This document shows, piece by piece, positions 27,087 through 37,258 of a stretch of DNA of 64,000 nt. The notes beneath the pieces are model-generated. The model saw nothing but the letters and a program-made list of their open reading frames with translations, did not search any database and was not told the origin of the DNA. Position 1 is the first letter of the stretch, and each line of letters begins with the position of its first letter. Origin of the DNA: a virus. The position numbers were made by a program, and so were the translations under genes. The stretch covers positions 3,239 to 67,238 of IMG/VR virus record IMGVR_UViG_3300036859_000726; one strand, 5' to 3'.

Positions 27087-27806
27087 ATGACCATGGCTCT
27101 CAATTCCACTTCCGTGAATCGCTATCCTGCTGGTCTTAGTGACCAGGCCGAGGACACGATCTTCAGTTCAGCGCCCTTCCCAACCAAGGGGCTCGTGAAC
27201 TTCTACCAGTACTACAACGACTTCATGGCCTATCTGGCCGGTGACTGGACCATCACGAATGCCAACGGCGGCACCCTCGCACTGCGAGACGAAGCCGGTG
27301 GTGTGTTGCGCGTCACGAATGGCGCGACTGCTGCATGGCTCGTCTCTGCGCAGAAGGTCGGAAACGCATTCCTTCCTGTCGTCGGCAAGCGATTCTTCGG
27401 TCGAATCAAGATCCGCACCGACGACGTCATCAATGGCGCGATCCTGGCCGGTCTGGCACTGACGGACACCACGCCGTTGGACGCAACCGATGGCATCTTC
27501 ATCATCAAGGCTGACGCCGCAGCTGCTGTCCTCCTCACCGTAGCGAATGCCGCGACGGCGGGCAATCGCGAGACTCTGGCGCTCGGCAGCATGGTTAACG
27601 ACACGTTCTTCACCGTGGACCTGTTCTACGATGGAGGCGATCGCCTGTATGCAGCAGTCAACGGCGCCATGATCGGCTATCTGACCTACAGCACGACTTA
27701 TGTGCCTGACGTCGCCGTGACGCCAACGTTCTTCCGCAGCAACGGCGCTGCTGGAGCCTCTGAAATTCTGGACATCGACACCCTCTGGTTCGCCCAGGAG
27801 CGGTAA
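27087..27806 (+). CDS. Virion structural protein
   Basis: Beta-rich, late operon, SD aggag. Confidence 0.65.
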   Translation: MTMALNSTSVNRYPAGLSDQAEDTIFSSAPFPTKGLVNFYQYYNDFMAYLAGDWTITNANGGTLALRDEAGGVLRVTNGATAAWLVSAQKVGNAFLPVVGKRFFGRIKIRTDDVINGAILAGLALTDTTPLDATDGIFIIKADAAAAVLLTVANAATAGNRETLALGSMVNDTFFTVDLFYDGGDRLYAAVNGAMIGYLTYSTTYVPDVAVTPTFFRSNGAAGASEILDIDTLWFAQER

Positions 27807-27861
27807 ACATCTGGCGCTAGGATCGCCCGGTTGTGAGCCGGGCATTCTATGGAGTACTGAC

Positions 27862-28491
27862 ATGCGACCAATTCGAATCTCTCGAGCCCTCCTTGCTGCA
27901 GATCCAGACGGCATTGCTCTTGCACAGCAGCTCGTCGGCGCAGGAAACCTCACGCTGAACGGCGCATTCGTGGCCGGCGGCACCGCGTATCTCACTGCGC
28001 AGCGAAGGGTTGGCTTGACTTCCGCAGGCAATCTGTCTGCAGTCAACTACACGGTGTATGGCACGAATGAAGCCGGCATCGTCATCAGCGAGACGCTCGC
28101 AGGACCGAATGCGAATACAGTCTCGACGACGCTTGACTTCTTCACTGTCACGCGTATCGCTGCTTCCGCAGCCAATGCCACCGACATCACTGCAGGAACC
28201 ACTGACGTTGGCGCTTCTCTGCCGATTCCTCTGGATTACCTGATCTCTCCTTTCCAGGTAACTGCAGCACTCGAAATCCAGTCCGGAGCTGTGAATGCTA
28301 CACTGCAGTACACACTGGACAACATCTTTGAGCCAGGACCCATCGTCTGGTTCAATGACACGATCCTTGTCGGTGTCGCTGTCAACACTGTGACGTCCTA
28401 TGTCTCGCCAGTTCGCGCTTGCCGCCTGGTGACCAATAGCGGCACAGGCGCTGCAGTCCTTCAACTCATCCAGGCAGGTACAGGACTATGA
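27862..28491 (+). CDS. Virion structural protein
   Basis: Late operon, Ala/Thr/Gly-rich. Confidence 0.65.
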   Translation: MRPIRISRALLAADPDGIALAQQLVGAGNLTLNGAFVAGGTAYLTAQRRVGLTSAGNLSAVNYTVYGTNEAGIVISETLAGPNANTVSTTLDFFTVTRIAASAANATDITAGTTDVGASLPIPLDYLISPFQVTAALEIQSGAVNATLQYTLDNIFEPGPIVWFNDTILVGVAVNTVTSYVSPVRACRLVTNSGTGAAVLQLIQAGTGL

Positions 28492-29933
28492 AGCATCTGA
28501 TCGCAAAACTTTCGCTCATAACGCTTGGAGTTATTGGCGCGATTGCCATTACAAGCTATGCGCAGGTGAATCCACCGACGCAAGTTCAGCCTGGTGGATC
28601 TGCATTCTCAACGCAGTACAAGAATGGCACGTCCTTCGGCGGCACTGGACCAGGCACTTCTGGTCATGTTCTCACATCAAATGGCGCCGCGTCGGCTCCG
28701 ACATTCCAGGCGCTGCCGGCAAGCGGCGTCACGAGCGTCGGCTTGACAATGCCAACTGGCTTCTCGGTTTCCAATTCGCCGATTACCTCAAGTGGCACTT
28801 TGGCGGTTACGACAACTCTGAACGGCCCATTGCGAGGAAACGGCTCGGCATTTACCACCGGCAATCTCAATCTCGCTTCTGAAGTCACCGGCAATCTCTC
28901 GCCAAACAATCTCAACTCTGGCACTTCGGCCAGCAGCAGTACCTTCTGGCGCGGCGACGGGACGTGGGCAGCTCCAACTGCTTCGCTGGGTAATACCACC
29001 ACTGTCGGTGATGGAACAGCTAATACCATCATCCGAGGTCCGCAGTCTTATGCCACAGCAGGTGGTTTGACTATCCAAGGTGGCGTCTCCTCTGGCGGAC
29101 AGGGCGCATTCGCTCGCTTGCAGGGTGCCAACTCAACTTCTGGCAATTTGGCCGGTGGTGATGCTTCTATGTTGGGTGGTGCTGGATTCGGCACTGGAAC
29201 AGGCGGCGTTGTCTCTCTGACAGCAGGGAATAGTGGCTCTGCATCCACATATGAGTCCATCATACTTCAGGGTGCGACCAACACAGGCGCTGCGCCAGGC
29301 GGTTCCATTGTATTCAACTCTGGTTCCTCAGCCTCGGGCAGCGGCTCTGGCGGATACATCGCTTTCACAAGTGGCGGCGCATCCTTCGCTCAGACCGAGC
29401 GGTTTCGAATTCTGGCGAATGGTGCTTGGTCAGTCGGATCCGCAGGAACCAACACCGGAAGCAGCACGCAAGTTCTTACTTCCAATGGTTCCGGCAGTCC
29501 TCCAACTTGGCAGTCAGCAGCGGGCATAACACAAACTCTCAGTAACTTTACCTCGACTCTGTCAACTGGTTGCAGTTCAACTTCGCCGACCATCGGTTTC
29601 AACTACTCTGTGACTGGGGATGTGATCGTGCTTAGCATGAAAACGTCCGCCAATCTTCCATGCACGTCGAATGCTACGACATGGAAGTCTGCGTCTGGTT
29701 CTGTCCCTGTCGCTGCAAGGCCGACCGGAAGCAACGTCGTTCTCTGGGGCATGAGCGGATTCAACAATGGCGGCGCCACTGAAGCATTCTGCTTGCGCAT
29801 AGACACTGACGGAACACTGAACCTGTTCCGCAACACGGCGAACGACTGCAGCGGCACCTGGACTGCCAGTGGTAGCAAGAGCTTCAACGTTCCTGGTGTC
29901 ACGAATACCTGGTCATACAACCTCACGAACTGA
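28488..29933 (+). CDS. Fibre/adhesin-like protein with N-terminal signal-peptide-like segment
   Basis: [27 protein letters not shown]; Gly/Ser/Thr-rich fibre motifs ([15 protein letters not shown]). Confidence 0.65.
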   Translation: MKHLIAKLSLITLGVIGAIAITSYAQVNPPTQVQPGGSAFSTQYKNGTSFGGTGPGTSGHVLTSNGAASAPTFQALPASGVTSVGLTMPTGFSVSNSPITSSGTLAVTTTLNGPLRGNGSAFTTGNLNLASEVTGNLSPNNLNSGTSASSSTFWRGDGTWAAPTASLGNTTTVGDGTANTIIRGPQSYATAGGLTIQGGVSSGGQGAFARLQGANSTSGNLAGGDASMLGGAGFGTGTGGVVSLTAGNSGSASTYESIILQGATNTGAAPGGSIVFNSGSSASGSGSGGYIAFTSGGASFAQTERFRILANGAWSVGSAGTNTGSSTQVLTSNGSGSPPTWQSAAGITQTLSNFTSTLSTGCSSTSPTIGFNYSVTGDVIVLSMKTSANLPCTSNATTWKSASGSVPVAARPTGSNVVLWGMSGFNNGGATEAFCLRIDTDGTLNLFRNTANDCSGTWTASGSKSFNVPGVTNTWSYNLTN

Positions 29934-29946
29934 TCAGGAGTAAAGC

Positions 29947-30417
29947 ATGAAAGGCTACTCAAAAGGCTGCGGATTCAAGACTTCTGCTGACAAGCACTTC
30001 GCCGAAGGCGGAAAGGTGCGAGCACCGATCGTGCGCAAGAAGGCCGCCACTCAGTCAAAGAACGATTTCGTGCCTGGCGGAAACAAAGAGGCGAACATTC
30101 GCGATGGATTCTCTCCGAATCTGCCCAAGGCCGCTCGCGATGATATCGAGAAGCGATTCGGCAAGAATCCGCCAGTCAAGAAAGCGATGGGTGGCATGAT
30201 CGGAAAGGTGAATGGCGACCAGGGCACGATGTCCCCGAACCCGCGAGGAGGCGGCATCCTTGGTCGAGTGGCCGCAAAGCTGCATCCGCTGGGTACTTCA
30301 CCAAAGGCACCTACTGCAGATCCACGCGCCTCCTTACCTCGTCCCGCTCCGGCTGCAAATGCTCGTAGTGTTCCTGGTCGTGATGCGAAGCCAATGTTCG
30401 GTCGCGGCGCCAGGTGA
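29947..30417 (+). CDS. Basic internal head protein with FAEGG motif
   Basis: HFAEGGKV and KAMGGMI; Lys/Arg/Pro-rich. Confidence 0.55.
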   Translation: MKGYSKGCGFKTSADKHFAEGGKVRAPIVRKKAATQSKNDFVPGGNKEANIRDGFSPNLPKAARDDIEKRFGKNPPVKKAMGGMIGKVNGDQGTMSPNPRGGGILGRVAAKLHPLGTSPKAPTADPRASLPRPAPAANARSVPGRDAKPMFGRGAR

Positions 30418-30421
30418 AGCC

Positions 30422-30450
30422 TTTACTTCTCATCTGAATACAGTTAAACT
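30422..30450 (+). promoter_or_regulatory. Late promoter TTTACT-N17-TAAACT
   Basis: Near-copy of the promoter at 23598. Confidence 0.6.
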
Positions 30451-30507
30451 TACTGCACAATCCGGCCGACCTTGAGGATGGCCAGCGCAGTCTAGAAGGA
30501 GACACGC

Positions 30508-31563
30508 TTGGCCGTTTCAGGAACTGTCGCGACGACGACGATCAATACTCGGCAGGTTTATGACCATGCCTTCCGCAGGGCAAAGGTCCCTCCACCAAAG
30601 ATAACTCGCGAATATCTCGCGACAGCTGCAGAACTTCTGCACATGATTCTGACGTCTCTGTCTAACAGAGGCATCGCACTGTGGGCCATTCAGACTCACA
30701 TCCTTCCGATGTATGAGGGTCGCCAGACTCTTCCGTGCCCAGCAGGCACTATCGACACTCTGAATACGAACATTCGCCAGGTGACTCGCCTCACTGGCAC
30801 ATACACCTCATCTGAGGGTGATGCAGAGCTAGCTTTTGACGGAGACATTGATACTGCTTGCACGCAGACAACGCCAGCAGGCTATATTGCGATGGCGCTA
30901 TCAGAAGCTGCAACACCAGTCAATTTCGGAATTCTGTTCGCCTCAACTGGCACCGTGTCGTTCAAGATTCAGTCTTCAGATGATGGCGGCGCCACCTGGA
31001 CGGATCGTCACACAGTCACAGACTATGCAGCTGTTGCGCGCGCATGGTATTGGTTTGATGTCGAGGGGCTGCCTGAGGCTGCTGACTGGCGCATCTTGGC
31101 TGTCACACCAACCATCCTTGATGTCTATGAGTTCGTGATCGCGAACAATGGACTTGAGATTCCGGTCGCCAAGATCAATCGTGATGACTATATGAACATG
31201 CCGGACAAGTCCTTCAATGGACAGCCGACGATGTTCTACTACGACAAGCAGGTCAGCATTCCGAATCTCGTGCTATGGCCTGCACCAGGCGACGAATACA
31301 CATTCTGGCAGATAGTTGCGACCACGCAGCGCCAGATAATGGATGTCGGCTCAATGACGCAGGATCTCGAGCTTCCTGCGGGCGGCTTCCTGTTCGTTGT
31401 CACACTGCTCGCATGGCACTTATCAATGACGATTGATGAGGCGAAGGGTAATCCCGTTTTGCTGAAGGAAGTCTCTGACGAGGCTGCAAGAGACTTCTGG
31501 GCCGGGCAGACAGACAGTTCTCCGACAAGGTTGGCGCCGCGGATTGGTGTGTATACCAAGTGA
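30508..31563 (+). CDS. Head-tail adaptor/tail tubular protein A-like with inserted beta domain
   Basis: L..l...w.NrGi.LW-like N-terminus; GQPTMFYYDKQ...LWPAP; C-terminal LAWHLS helix. Confidence 0.6.
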   Translation: MAVSGTVATTTINTRQVYDHAFRRAKVPPPKITREYLATAAELLHMILTSLSNRGIALWAIQTHILPMYEGRQTLPCPAGTIDTLNTNIRQVTRLTGTYTSSEGDAELAFDGDIDTACTQTTPAGYIAMALSEAATPVNFGILFASTGTVSFKIQSSDDGGATWTDRHTVTDYAAVARAWYWFDVEGLPEAADWRILAVTPTILDVYEFVIANNGLEIPVAKINRDDYMNMPDKSFNGQPTMFYYDKQVSIPNLVLWPAPGDEYTFWQIVATTQRQIMDVGSMTQDLELPAGGFLFVVTLLAWHLSMTIDEAKGNPVLLKEVSDEAARDFWAGQTDSSPTRLAPRIGVYTK

Positions 31564-32336
31564 GCATCTGGCTCGACACGCGAGGAAAGAGCACTCTTGG
31601 AATTGGATGGTGCGATAGATGCAAGTTCAAGTTCTCGCTCGACGATCTTCAATCGGACAGGAACAATCCAGGTCTGAAGGTCTGCAGCAGGTGCAACGAT
31701 GAACTTGATCCTTATCGCCTTCCTCCTCGTGCTCCTGACGATCTCACTTTGCCGTTCTATCGCACTCAAGAGCCTCTCATCATTCCTGATGATCCTCCTG
31801 AGGCATCATTTGATGCTTTGGCTACAGAACTTGATGAGCCCATTCTTGCTGAGAATGGTGTCGAAGCATTGGAGCCGCAAACCGGGCCAGGGCCAGACGG
31901 ACCCATACTTGTCACAGAAGAGAGTGAGCCGATCCTCACAGAGGGTCGTCGCTATCTGCTGCAACAGTTCGTCACTGGCCCAACCATTACGGCAGGAATC
32001 GGCTGCGCTGGATACTGCGTTGGATACAACGTCAGCGAAGGTGAAGGTACTATTGACAATGAGGCATACTATCCAGGTTATTTGGTTAGGGTCGTCAAAG
32101 ATCTCGGTGAGATTTTCTCTCCTGCGGGTCTTCAGGTTTATATCTCATTTGACCCGTTGTCTGTTCCTGCGCCACCAGCTGACGTCATTAGTTCAGTCAC
32201 GATCAATGGAATCACATTCCTTGTTGCAGATGCAGTTGTGAACATAGAGTCAACATATGATCGCGTATACACCTGGGGAACGCCTGCCGGCATTGTTGAC
32301 GGCGAGCAATACGTAGTGGACTTGGAGTTTACATGA
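31560..32336 (+). CDS. Virion protein: N-terminal Zn-finger (CDRC...CxxC) fused to a fibre-like domain
   Basis: WCDRCKFKF...KVCSRCND; repeated TE..EPIL.E motif. Confidence 0.6.
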   Translation: MSIWLDTRGKSTLGIGWCDRCKFKFSLDDLQSDRNNPGLKVCSRCNDELDPYRLPPRAPDDLTLPFYRTQEPLIIPDDPPEASFDALATELDEPILAENGVEALEPQTGPGPDGPILVTEESEPILTEGRRYLLQQFVTGPTITAGIGCAGYCVGYNVSEGEGTIDNEAYYPGYLVRVVKDLGEIFSPAGLQVYISFDPLSVPAPPADVISSVTINGITFLVADAVVNIESTYDRVYTWGTPAGIVDGEQYVVDLEFT

Positions 32337-32899
32337 CACTTGAAGTTAAGATCAGCGAGCTCCCTGCAGCCAGTGCGCTCACAGGGGCTGAGCTTGTACC
32401 AATTGTGCAAGGTGGTGCAACGAAGCGGACAACCACGCAAGATATCGCCAACCTTGCAGGCGGCGCTGTGATTGCGCCATCCGATCTGGATATCACGAAT
32501 AACTTCGGGCCGCAGAGCTCGAGTTACGGCTACATCTCCTCAGAGGCTGTCTCGAATGAGATAGCAGCAGTCTTTCCTGATGACTGGTTTGCTATGGCAG
32601 GAATCTTCGGAGGAGACCTTGCTGGATCATCCAATGGCCGACCAGTCAATTCGATTGTGGTTCGTGATAACACAAATTTGCTCATTGGTCTGTCTGGTGC
32701 GATTCCAGTCACGAACGTCCCATACTCTGTTGAGGTTTCTACCATCGGCGGGAATCAGACCCTGTATTTCGCGGACATCGTTCGGCAAGCTGTTGGCGTA
32801 GATGGCAATCGCTATTTCTGGTGGGATTCACTCAATGCTGCAGTCGGCGTTGAATTCACAGGCGACCAGTCCCTGGTCTTCAACTTCCAAGAGGCTTAA
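32333..32899 (+). CDS. Short tail fibre/adhesin paralog 1
   Basis: N-terminal VKISELPAASALTGAELVPIVQGGATKRTT anchor. Confidence 0.65.
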   Translation: MTLEVKISELPAASALTGAELVPIVQGGATKRTTTQDIANLAGGAVIAPSDLDITNNFGPQSSSYGYISSEAVSNEIAAVFPDDWFAMAGIFGGDLAGSSNGRPVNSIVVRDNTNLLIGLSGAIPVTNVPYSVEVSTIGGNQTLYFADIVRQAVGVDGNRYFWWDSLNAAVGVEFTGDQSLVFNFQEA

Positions 32900-33514
32900 A
32901 TGTCCATAACACCAGTCAAGATCAGTGCGCTGCCAGAAGCAGCAGACCTCGACGGAACCGAGCTGGTTCCTGTTGTTCAGGCAGGGACGACCAAAAAGAC
33001 GACAGCCCAGGACATCGCTGATCTCGGCGGCGGAGGAGGCGGATCAGTTTTCGTCGCGAATCTAATTGGTCTTGGCTCGCAAACGATGGACGACAATCCA
33101 TACTACTATCTTGCTGCATCCGAAGTTCTTCTTGCAAGTGATGATGTTGAATATGTCGATGGTGTTGATGGTGTAAGCTCAGGATTCCTTCAATTCAACA
33201 ATGATGGAACGTATGAGATTCAGATTAGAGTGCAGCTGAGTGGCGACTGGCCGAACAAGGGCCAAAGTGGCGAGCCTGCATTCTATGGCCTTGTTGCTGG
33301 CGGCCAGGACGTCGCAAAGTTCTCGCGCTCTGTTTATCTTGGTGCTGCTAACGATGGCACAGTTGGATGGAGCTCTCAGCTTGTAAGGCAGATGGCTGCA
33401 ACCGACACGCTATTCATTGGACCAAAAGTTGCTTGCTACAACTTCACATCCAGGACCGTGATCATCACAGCGATGCAGGTGACAGTCAAGAAAATCGGTG
33501 ACTACACGCCGTGA
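32900..33514 (+). CDS. Short tail fibre/adhesin paralog 2
   Basis: N-terminal VKISALPEAADLDGTELVPVVQAGTTKKTT anchor. Confidence 0.65.
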   Translation: MSITPVKISALPEAADLDGTELVPVVQAGTTKKTTAQDIADLGGGGGGSVFVANLIGLGSQTMDDNPYYYLAASEVLLASDDVEYVDGVDGVSSGFLQFNNDGTYEIQIRVQLSGDWPNKGQSGEPAFYGLVAGGQDVAKFSRSVYLGAANDGTVGWSSQLVRQMAATDTLFIGPKVACYNFTSRTVIITAMQVTVKKIGDYTP

Positions 33515-34146
33515 TCAAGATCGTCACACATACCCGCGGCACCGGACTCTGGATTGACCAATGCGTCAAGTCTGTTGAAGCTGCGCGTGTGCCGAACATG
33601 TCTCATGACATTTTGATGCTCACTGATCCTAGTTCTCACGCATATGCAAGGTGGGCAGCTTTGCAGAGTGCAGATTTTGTTGGCTTTGTTGACGATGATG
33701 ATGTTATCATTCCTGGTGCTATTGAGAGATGCATGTCTGCTCTTCAAGCCACAGGTGCTGGCGTTGCATTCACAGGCCAGCTCGGGGTTGACGCAAATGG
33801 TGCTGTTGTGTCTGAGTATCACAGAGCAAGATTCCTGAAAGATGCTGCTTTGAATCCTCAAGCCATTCACCATTTCTCTCTCATTCGAAGGGATGCCCTC
33901 TGTGCACAGGCGATCGCAGCAGCAGTCAGAATTGGCGTCGGAGTCGACTGGCTCTGCAAAGCAAATGCTGCAATGCGGATGGGCGCTGTCCACGTTCCGA
34001 TGATTGGCTATCATTGGAGAATTCATCAAAATCAGGAGTCTGTAAGAACTGCAAAGCTGTTTGAAGATGCTTCAGATGAACTCACAGATGTGATATTCAG
34101 CTGGATGAAGAAGGACGCTCCGATTCCGGTGTACCGAGCATGCTGA
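33511..34146 (+). CDS. GT-A fold (GT2-like) glycosyltransferase
   Basis: ADFVGFVDDDDVIIPGAIERC (DxD context). Confidence 0.75.
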   Translation: MIKIVTHTRGTGLWIDQCVKSVEAARVPNMSHDILMLTDPSSHAYARWAALQSADFVGFVDDDDVIIPGAIERCMSALQATGAGVAFTGQLGVDANGAVVSEYHRARFLKDAALNPQAIHHFSLIRRDALCAQAIAAAVRIGVGVDWLCKANAAMRMGAVHVPMIGYHWRIHQNQESVRTAKLFEDASDELTDVIFSWMKKDAPIPVYRAC

Positions 34147-35708
34147 TCCCTGTCATTCAAAATGGCACTGATCTGTTCATCGACTCTGCACAGATCGCGA
34201 TTCCATGGTCAAGCGTCTTCGGGCGGCCAACACAGATCAACAACTTCTCTTCGTTGCCTAATGGATCTGGCGTTCTAGTCAATGATGGAGCTGGCAATCT
34301 GTCATGGGCATCCATTGGCGGCGGAAGCGTCACCTCTGTCGGTCTCGCCGCTCCTGCAAGCTTCACCGTAACCGGAAGTCCAGTCACCGGTGCAGGCACT
34401 CTGACTTTCGCATATGCTCCTGGGTATGTGCCTTACACGTCGATGGAATCCTCGAAGCTCGCTACGATCGCCACCGGAGCAACGGTCGGAGCAACCTGGA
34501 CCGGCAATCTCTCAGGCATCCCAGCGATTATCAACTCTCTTGGCGTCCTTGCCAATTCGCCAGGATTTCTGCTGAACAACGGCGTTGGTGGCCTGTCATG
34601 GTTCGCCCCATCTGGATTCGGCACTGTTACACAGGTGGACACAGGCGGCGGCACGACTGGTGGTCCAATCACGAATATGGGCACAGTCTCAGTTGACCAG
34701 AACTTCAGTTTTGACTGGACTGGTAATCATCGCTTCGCCGGTGCATTCAATGTGGGATATCCTGGCGCGAGCATATCGACCACGCTGGTCAACACAGTTG
34801 CCACAACCTATCAGGCTGGAATCAATCAGCTTGCTGACAGCGCTATCATGCAGCTACTGCTTCGTAAGCATGATGCGACTGCAAATAACGCTCCAGAAGC
34901 TCTGTTTGTTCGCGCTCGTGACACAGGTGTGGACTCTGTTGTTGATGGAGATGCACTTGGTCGAATACAGTTTGGTGGTTGGCACACAGACAGTTACTAT
35001 CTCGGCGCATCAATTCACGCAGAGGTTGATGGGGTTCCAGGCGCTGCAGACATGCCGACTCGTGTCGTCATCAAAACGTCTGCGAATGCAAGTGCAACTC
35101 CTGCAGAGAGATTCGGCGTCAACTCCTTCGGCGCCATCAGTCTAGACGCAGAGACTTACGGCGCTGCTGGAGACTGGATGAAGTCTGGCGGAGCAGGCGC
35201 ACCAACTGCCTGGACTTCTCCTGCTGCGCTGACGAAAACAGACGACACGAATGTGACGCTCACACTCGGCGGCGCTGCCGCAACCGCATTGCTGAATGCT
35301 GCTTCGCTCACACTTGGTTGGACTGGCACTCTTGCAAAGGATCGAGGCGGATTCGGCCTTGACACAACGACGCTCACAGGATACGTCAAAGCTGCAGGCG
35401 CAGGCGCTATCACAGCCTCTGCGACGATCCCTTATGCTGATTTGACGGGAACACCAGCAATCCCTGTTGGAGCAAATCCTTCTGCTTTGGTGGGTCTTGC
35501 TGCAGTCAACGGGGCTGCTGCATCATTCATGAGAAGCGACGGAGCTCCAGCACTTGACCAGGCAATCGTTCCTACTTGGACTGGAGCACACGTGTTCAGC
35601 AGCTCAGTTGAATTGTCTGGTGCCATCACCATAGGTGGTCTTGCAGTTTCAATCGGTGTCGCCGATTCTGGCGGCGTCGGGTTTCGTTTGCTCAGAGTAC
35701 CCAACTAA
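34140..35708 (+). CDS. Tail fibre protein
   Basis: Gly/Thr/Ala-rich repeats; GSVTSVGL module; DGDALGRIQFGG domain. Confidence 0.75.
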   Translation: MLIPVIQNGTDLFIDSAQIAIPWSSVFGRPTQINNFSSLPNGSGVLVNDGAGNLSWASIGGGSVTSVGLAAPASFTVTGSPVTGAGTLTFAYAPGYVPYTSMESSKLATIATGATVGATWTGNLSGIPAIINSLGVLANSPGFLLNNGVGGLSWFAPSGFGTVTQVDTGGGTTGGPITNMGTVSVDQNFSFDWTGNHRFAGAFNVGYPGASISTTLVNTVATTYQAGINQLADSAIMQLLLRKHDATANNAPEALFVRARDTGVDSVVDGDALGRIQFGGWHTDSYYLGASIHAEVDGVPGAADMPTRVVIKTSANASATPAERFGVNSFGAISLDAETYGAAGDWMKSGGAGAPTAWTSPAALTKTDDTNVTLTLGGAAATALLNAASLTLGWTGTLAKDRGGFGLDTTTLTGYVKAAGAGAITASATIPYADLTGTPAIPVGANPSALVGLAAVNGAAASFMRSDGAPALDQAIVPTWTGAHVFSSSVELSGAITIGGLAVSIGVADSGGVGFRLLRVPN

Positions 35709-35719
35709 AAGGATCTTGT

Positions 35720-36055
35720 ATGAAGTTCGATCTTACAACGGAAGTATTCAACGAACAGCTGCTGAAGCTCGTTGCTCTGGCGAAGGTTGCTGTGCCTCCT
35801 CCAACCCCTCTGTCTCAGCTTCTTTCCTCATTGCTGATGTCAGGCATTAATGAAGAGCGTGCATCGCCGGATCTCAAAGCAAGGAGATTCGCGCTTCTGT
35901 GCAAGGTTGGTGCAGCAGTCGACACAGGCGGCATGCTTGACCTCACAGCAGATGAACTGGCCTTGATTGTTCCATTGGTTGATGCCAACTGCCCAACGCT
36001 TGTGCATGGACGCGTCAAGGAGATCCTCAACTCTCCGATCGGGAAGGCTAACTGA
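35720..36055 (+). CDS. Tail fibre assembly/chaperone-like protein
   Basis: Position after the fibre gene; helical. Confidence 0.45.
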   Translation: MKFDLTTEVFNEQLLKLVALAKVAVPPPTPLSQLLSSLLMSGINEERASPDLKARRFALLCKVGAAVDTGGMLDLTADELALIVPLVDANCPTLVHGRVKEILNSPIGKAN

Positions 36056-36576
36056 TGGACGATCGCTTCGAAGACTTCATCGAAAGGATCCTCTCTCATG
36101 AGGGGAATTACAGCGATGACCCAAAGGATCCAGGGAACTGGACCAGTGGAATCGTTGGAATCGGTGAACTCAAAGGGACGAAGTTCGGAATAGCAGCCAA
36201 CAGCTTTCCTCACTTGAGCATTAAAGATCTGACTCGCTCTCAAGCAATCATGATCTACAAAGATGCATTCTGGCTTCGCGCTCGCTGCATTTTGATGCCG
36301 CCGATGGTCGGATTTCAGCTTCTAGATGGCGCAGTCAACTCTGGCATCCCTCAGGCGATTCGCTGGATGCAGCGTGCAGTCGGCGTTGCAGATGACGGTA
36401 AAATTGGAGAGATCACCGTTGCCGCAATAACTGCTGCAGACCCGAATGATGTGGCATTCAAGTTTCTGTCTTACAGACTTGATTATATGACTAGACTCAA
36501 GAACTGGCCAGAAGCAGGCCGAGGCTGGGCTCGTCGCATAGCTGCAAACCTACTCTATGCTTCTGCTGATAACTAG
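36055..36576 (+). CDS. Endolysin, glycoside hydrolase family 108 with PG-binding C-terminus
   Basis: HEGNYSDDPKDPGNWT...GTKFGIA; GWARRIA. Confidence 0.9.
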   Translation: MDDRFEDFIERILSHEGNYSDDPKDPGNWTSGIVGIGELKGTKFGIAANSFPHLSIKDLTRSQAIMIYKDAFWLRARCILMPPMVGFQLLDGAVNSGIPQAIRWMQRAVGVADDGKIGEITVAAITAADPNDVAFKFLSYRLDYMTRLKNWPEAGRGWARRIAANLLYASADN

Positions 36577-36585
36577 GAGATGCTG

Positions 36586-36909
36586 ATGGATGCTGCAAGC
36601 CTGAAACTTATGCTCTCGACCCCTCTCGCCTTGTTCATTCTTATGCTGTTCGGCACCGTTATTGGTATGCTCAAGCAATATGTCGATGCACGAAACAACG
36701 GCTCTGGAATCACATTCGGGTCGTATTTCGCCAAGGTTGAGACAGTGATCGCAGTCGGCGCGAACATTATAGCATTCGTCGCACTCATCATGACCGACAC
36801 TTTGAACTGGACTGGTGCACTAGCGATCGGCTATGTAATCAATAGCGCAGCAGACTTGGTTCGACCCGGAAACGGGCGATCGATGGACATCGTCAACAAA
36901 ACGGAGTAA
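36586..36909 (+). CDS. Holin (3 TM, class I-like)
   Basis: Three hydrophobic segments, charged C-tail; follows the endolysin. Confidence 0.7.
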   Translation: MDAASLKLMLSTPLALFILMLFGTVIGMLKQYVDARNNGSGITFGSYFAKVETVIAVGANIIAFVALIMTDTLNWTGALAIGYVINSAADLVRPGNGRSMDIVNKTE

Positions 36910-36916
36910 TTTGCCA

Positions 36917-37258
36917 ATGAAAACTGCAGTTCGAATGTTTACACTGGGCCTAGCGATCATGCTGTTGCAGGCATGCGCGGCGCTCGGAGTGCCCAAGCCG
37001 GAGTCGTTTCCTGAGCGACTCGCAGCAGGATATGTCACTGTGACTGCCAATCGCCAGCTGAACACAGCTCTGCTAGGTGCTGGTATCTTGTCTGCTCGCG
37101 ACGGCAAGAATGTGCAAGACCAAAACGACAACGCCAGAGCCGGCCTTGACGTTGCAGCAACCCTCGGCGGCGCGGCGGCAGAGGACAAGTTGGCCTCTAC
37201 CCTCCGCATCGTTGATGAACTCAAGAAGTATCTCGAAGCGAAGCAGGTGAAGAAATGA
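36917..37258 (+). CDS. Lipoprotein, possible spanin component
   Basis: Lipobox LLQAC; within the lysis cassette. Confidence 0.6.
   Translation: MKTAVRMFTLGLAIMLLQACAALGVPKPESFPERLAAGYVTVTANRQLNTALLGAGILSARDGKNVQDQNDNARAGLDVAATLGGAAAEDKLASTLRIVDELKKYLEAKQVKK

Noticed and set aside
36580-36588. Holin/antiholin dual start (Met-Leu-Met)
   Set aside because: The first ATG abuts the SD with no spacing and the extension lacks a basic residue; ATG 36586 is the likely single start.
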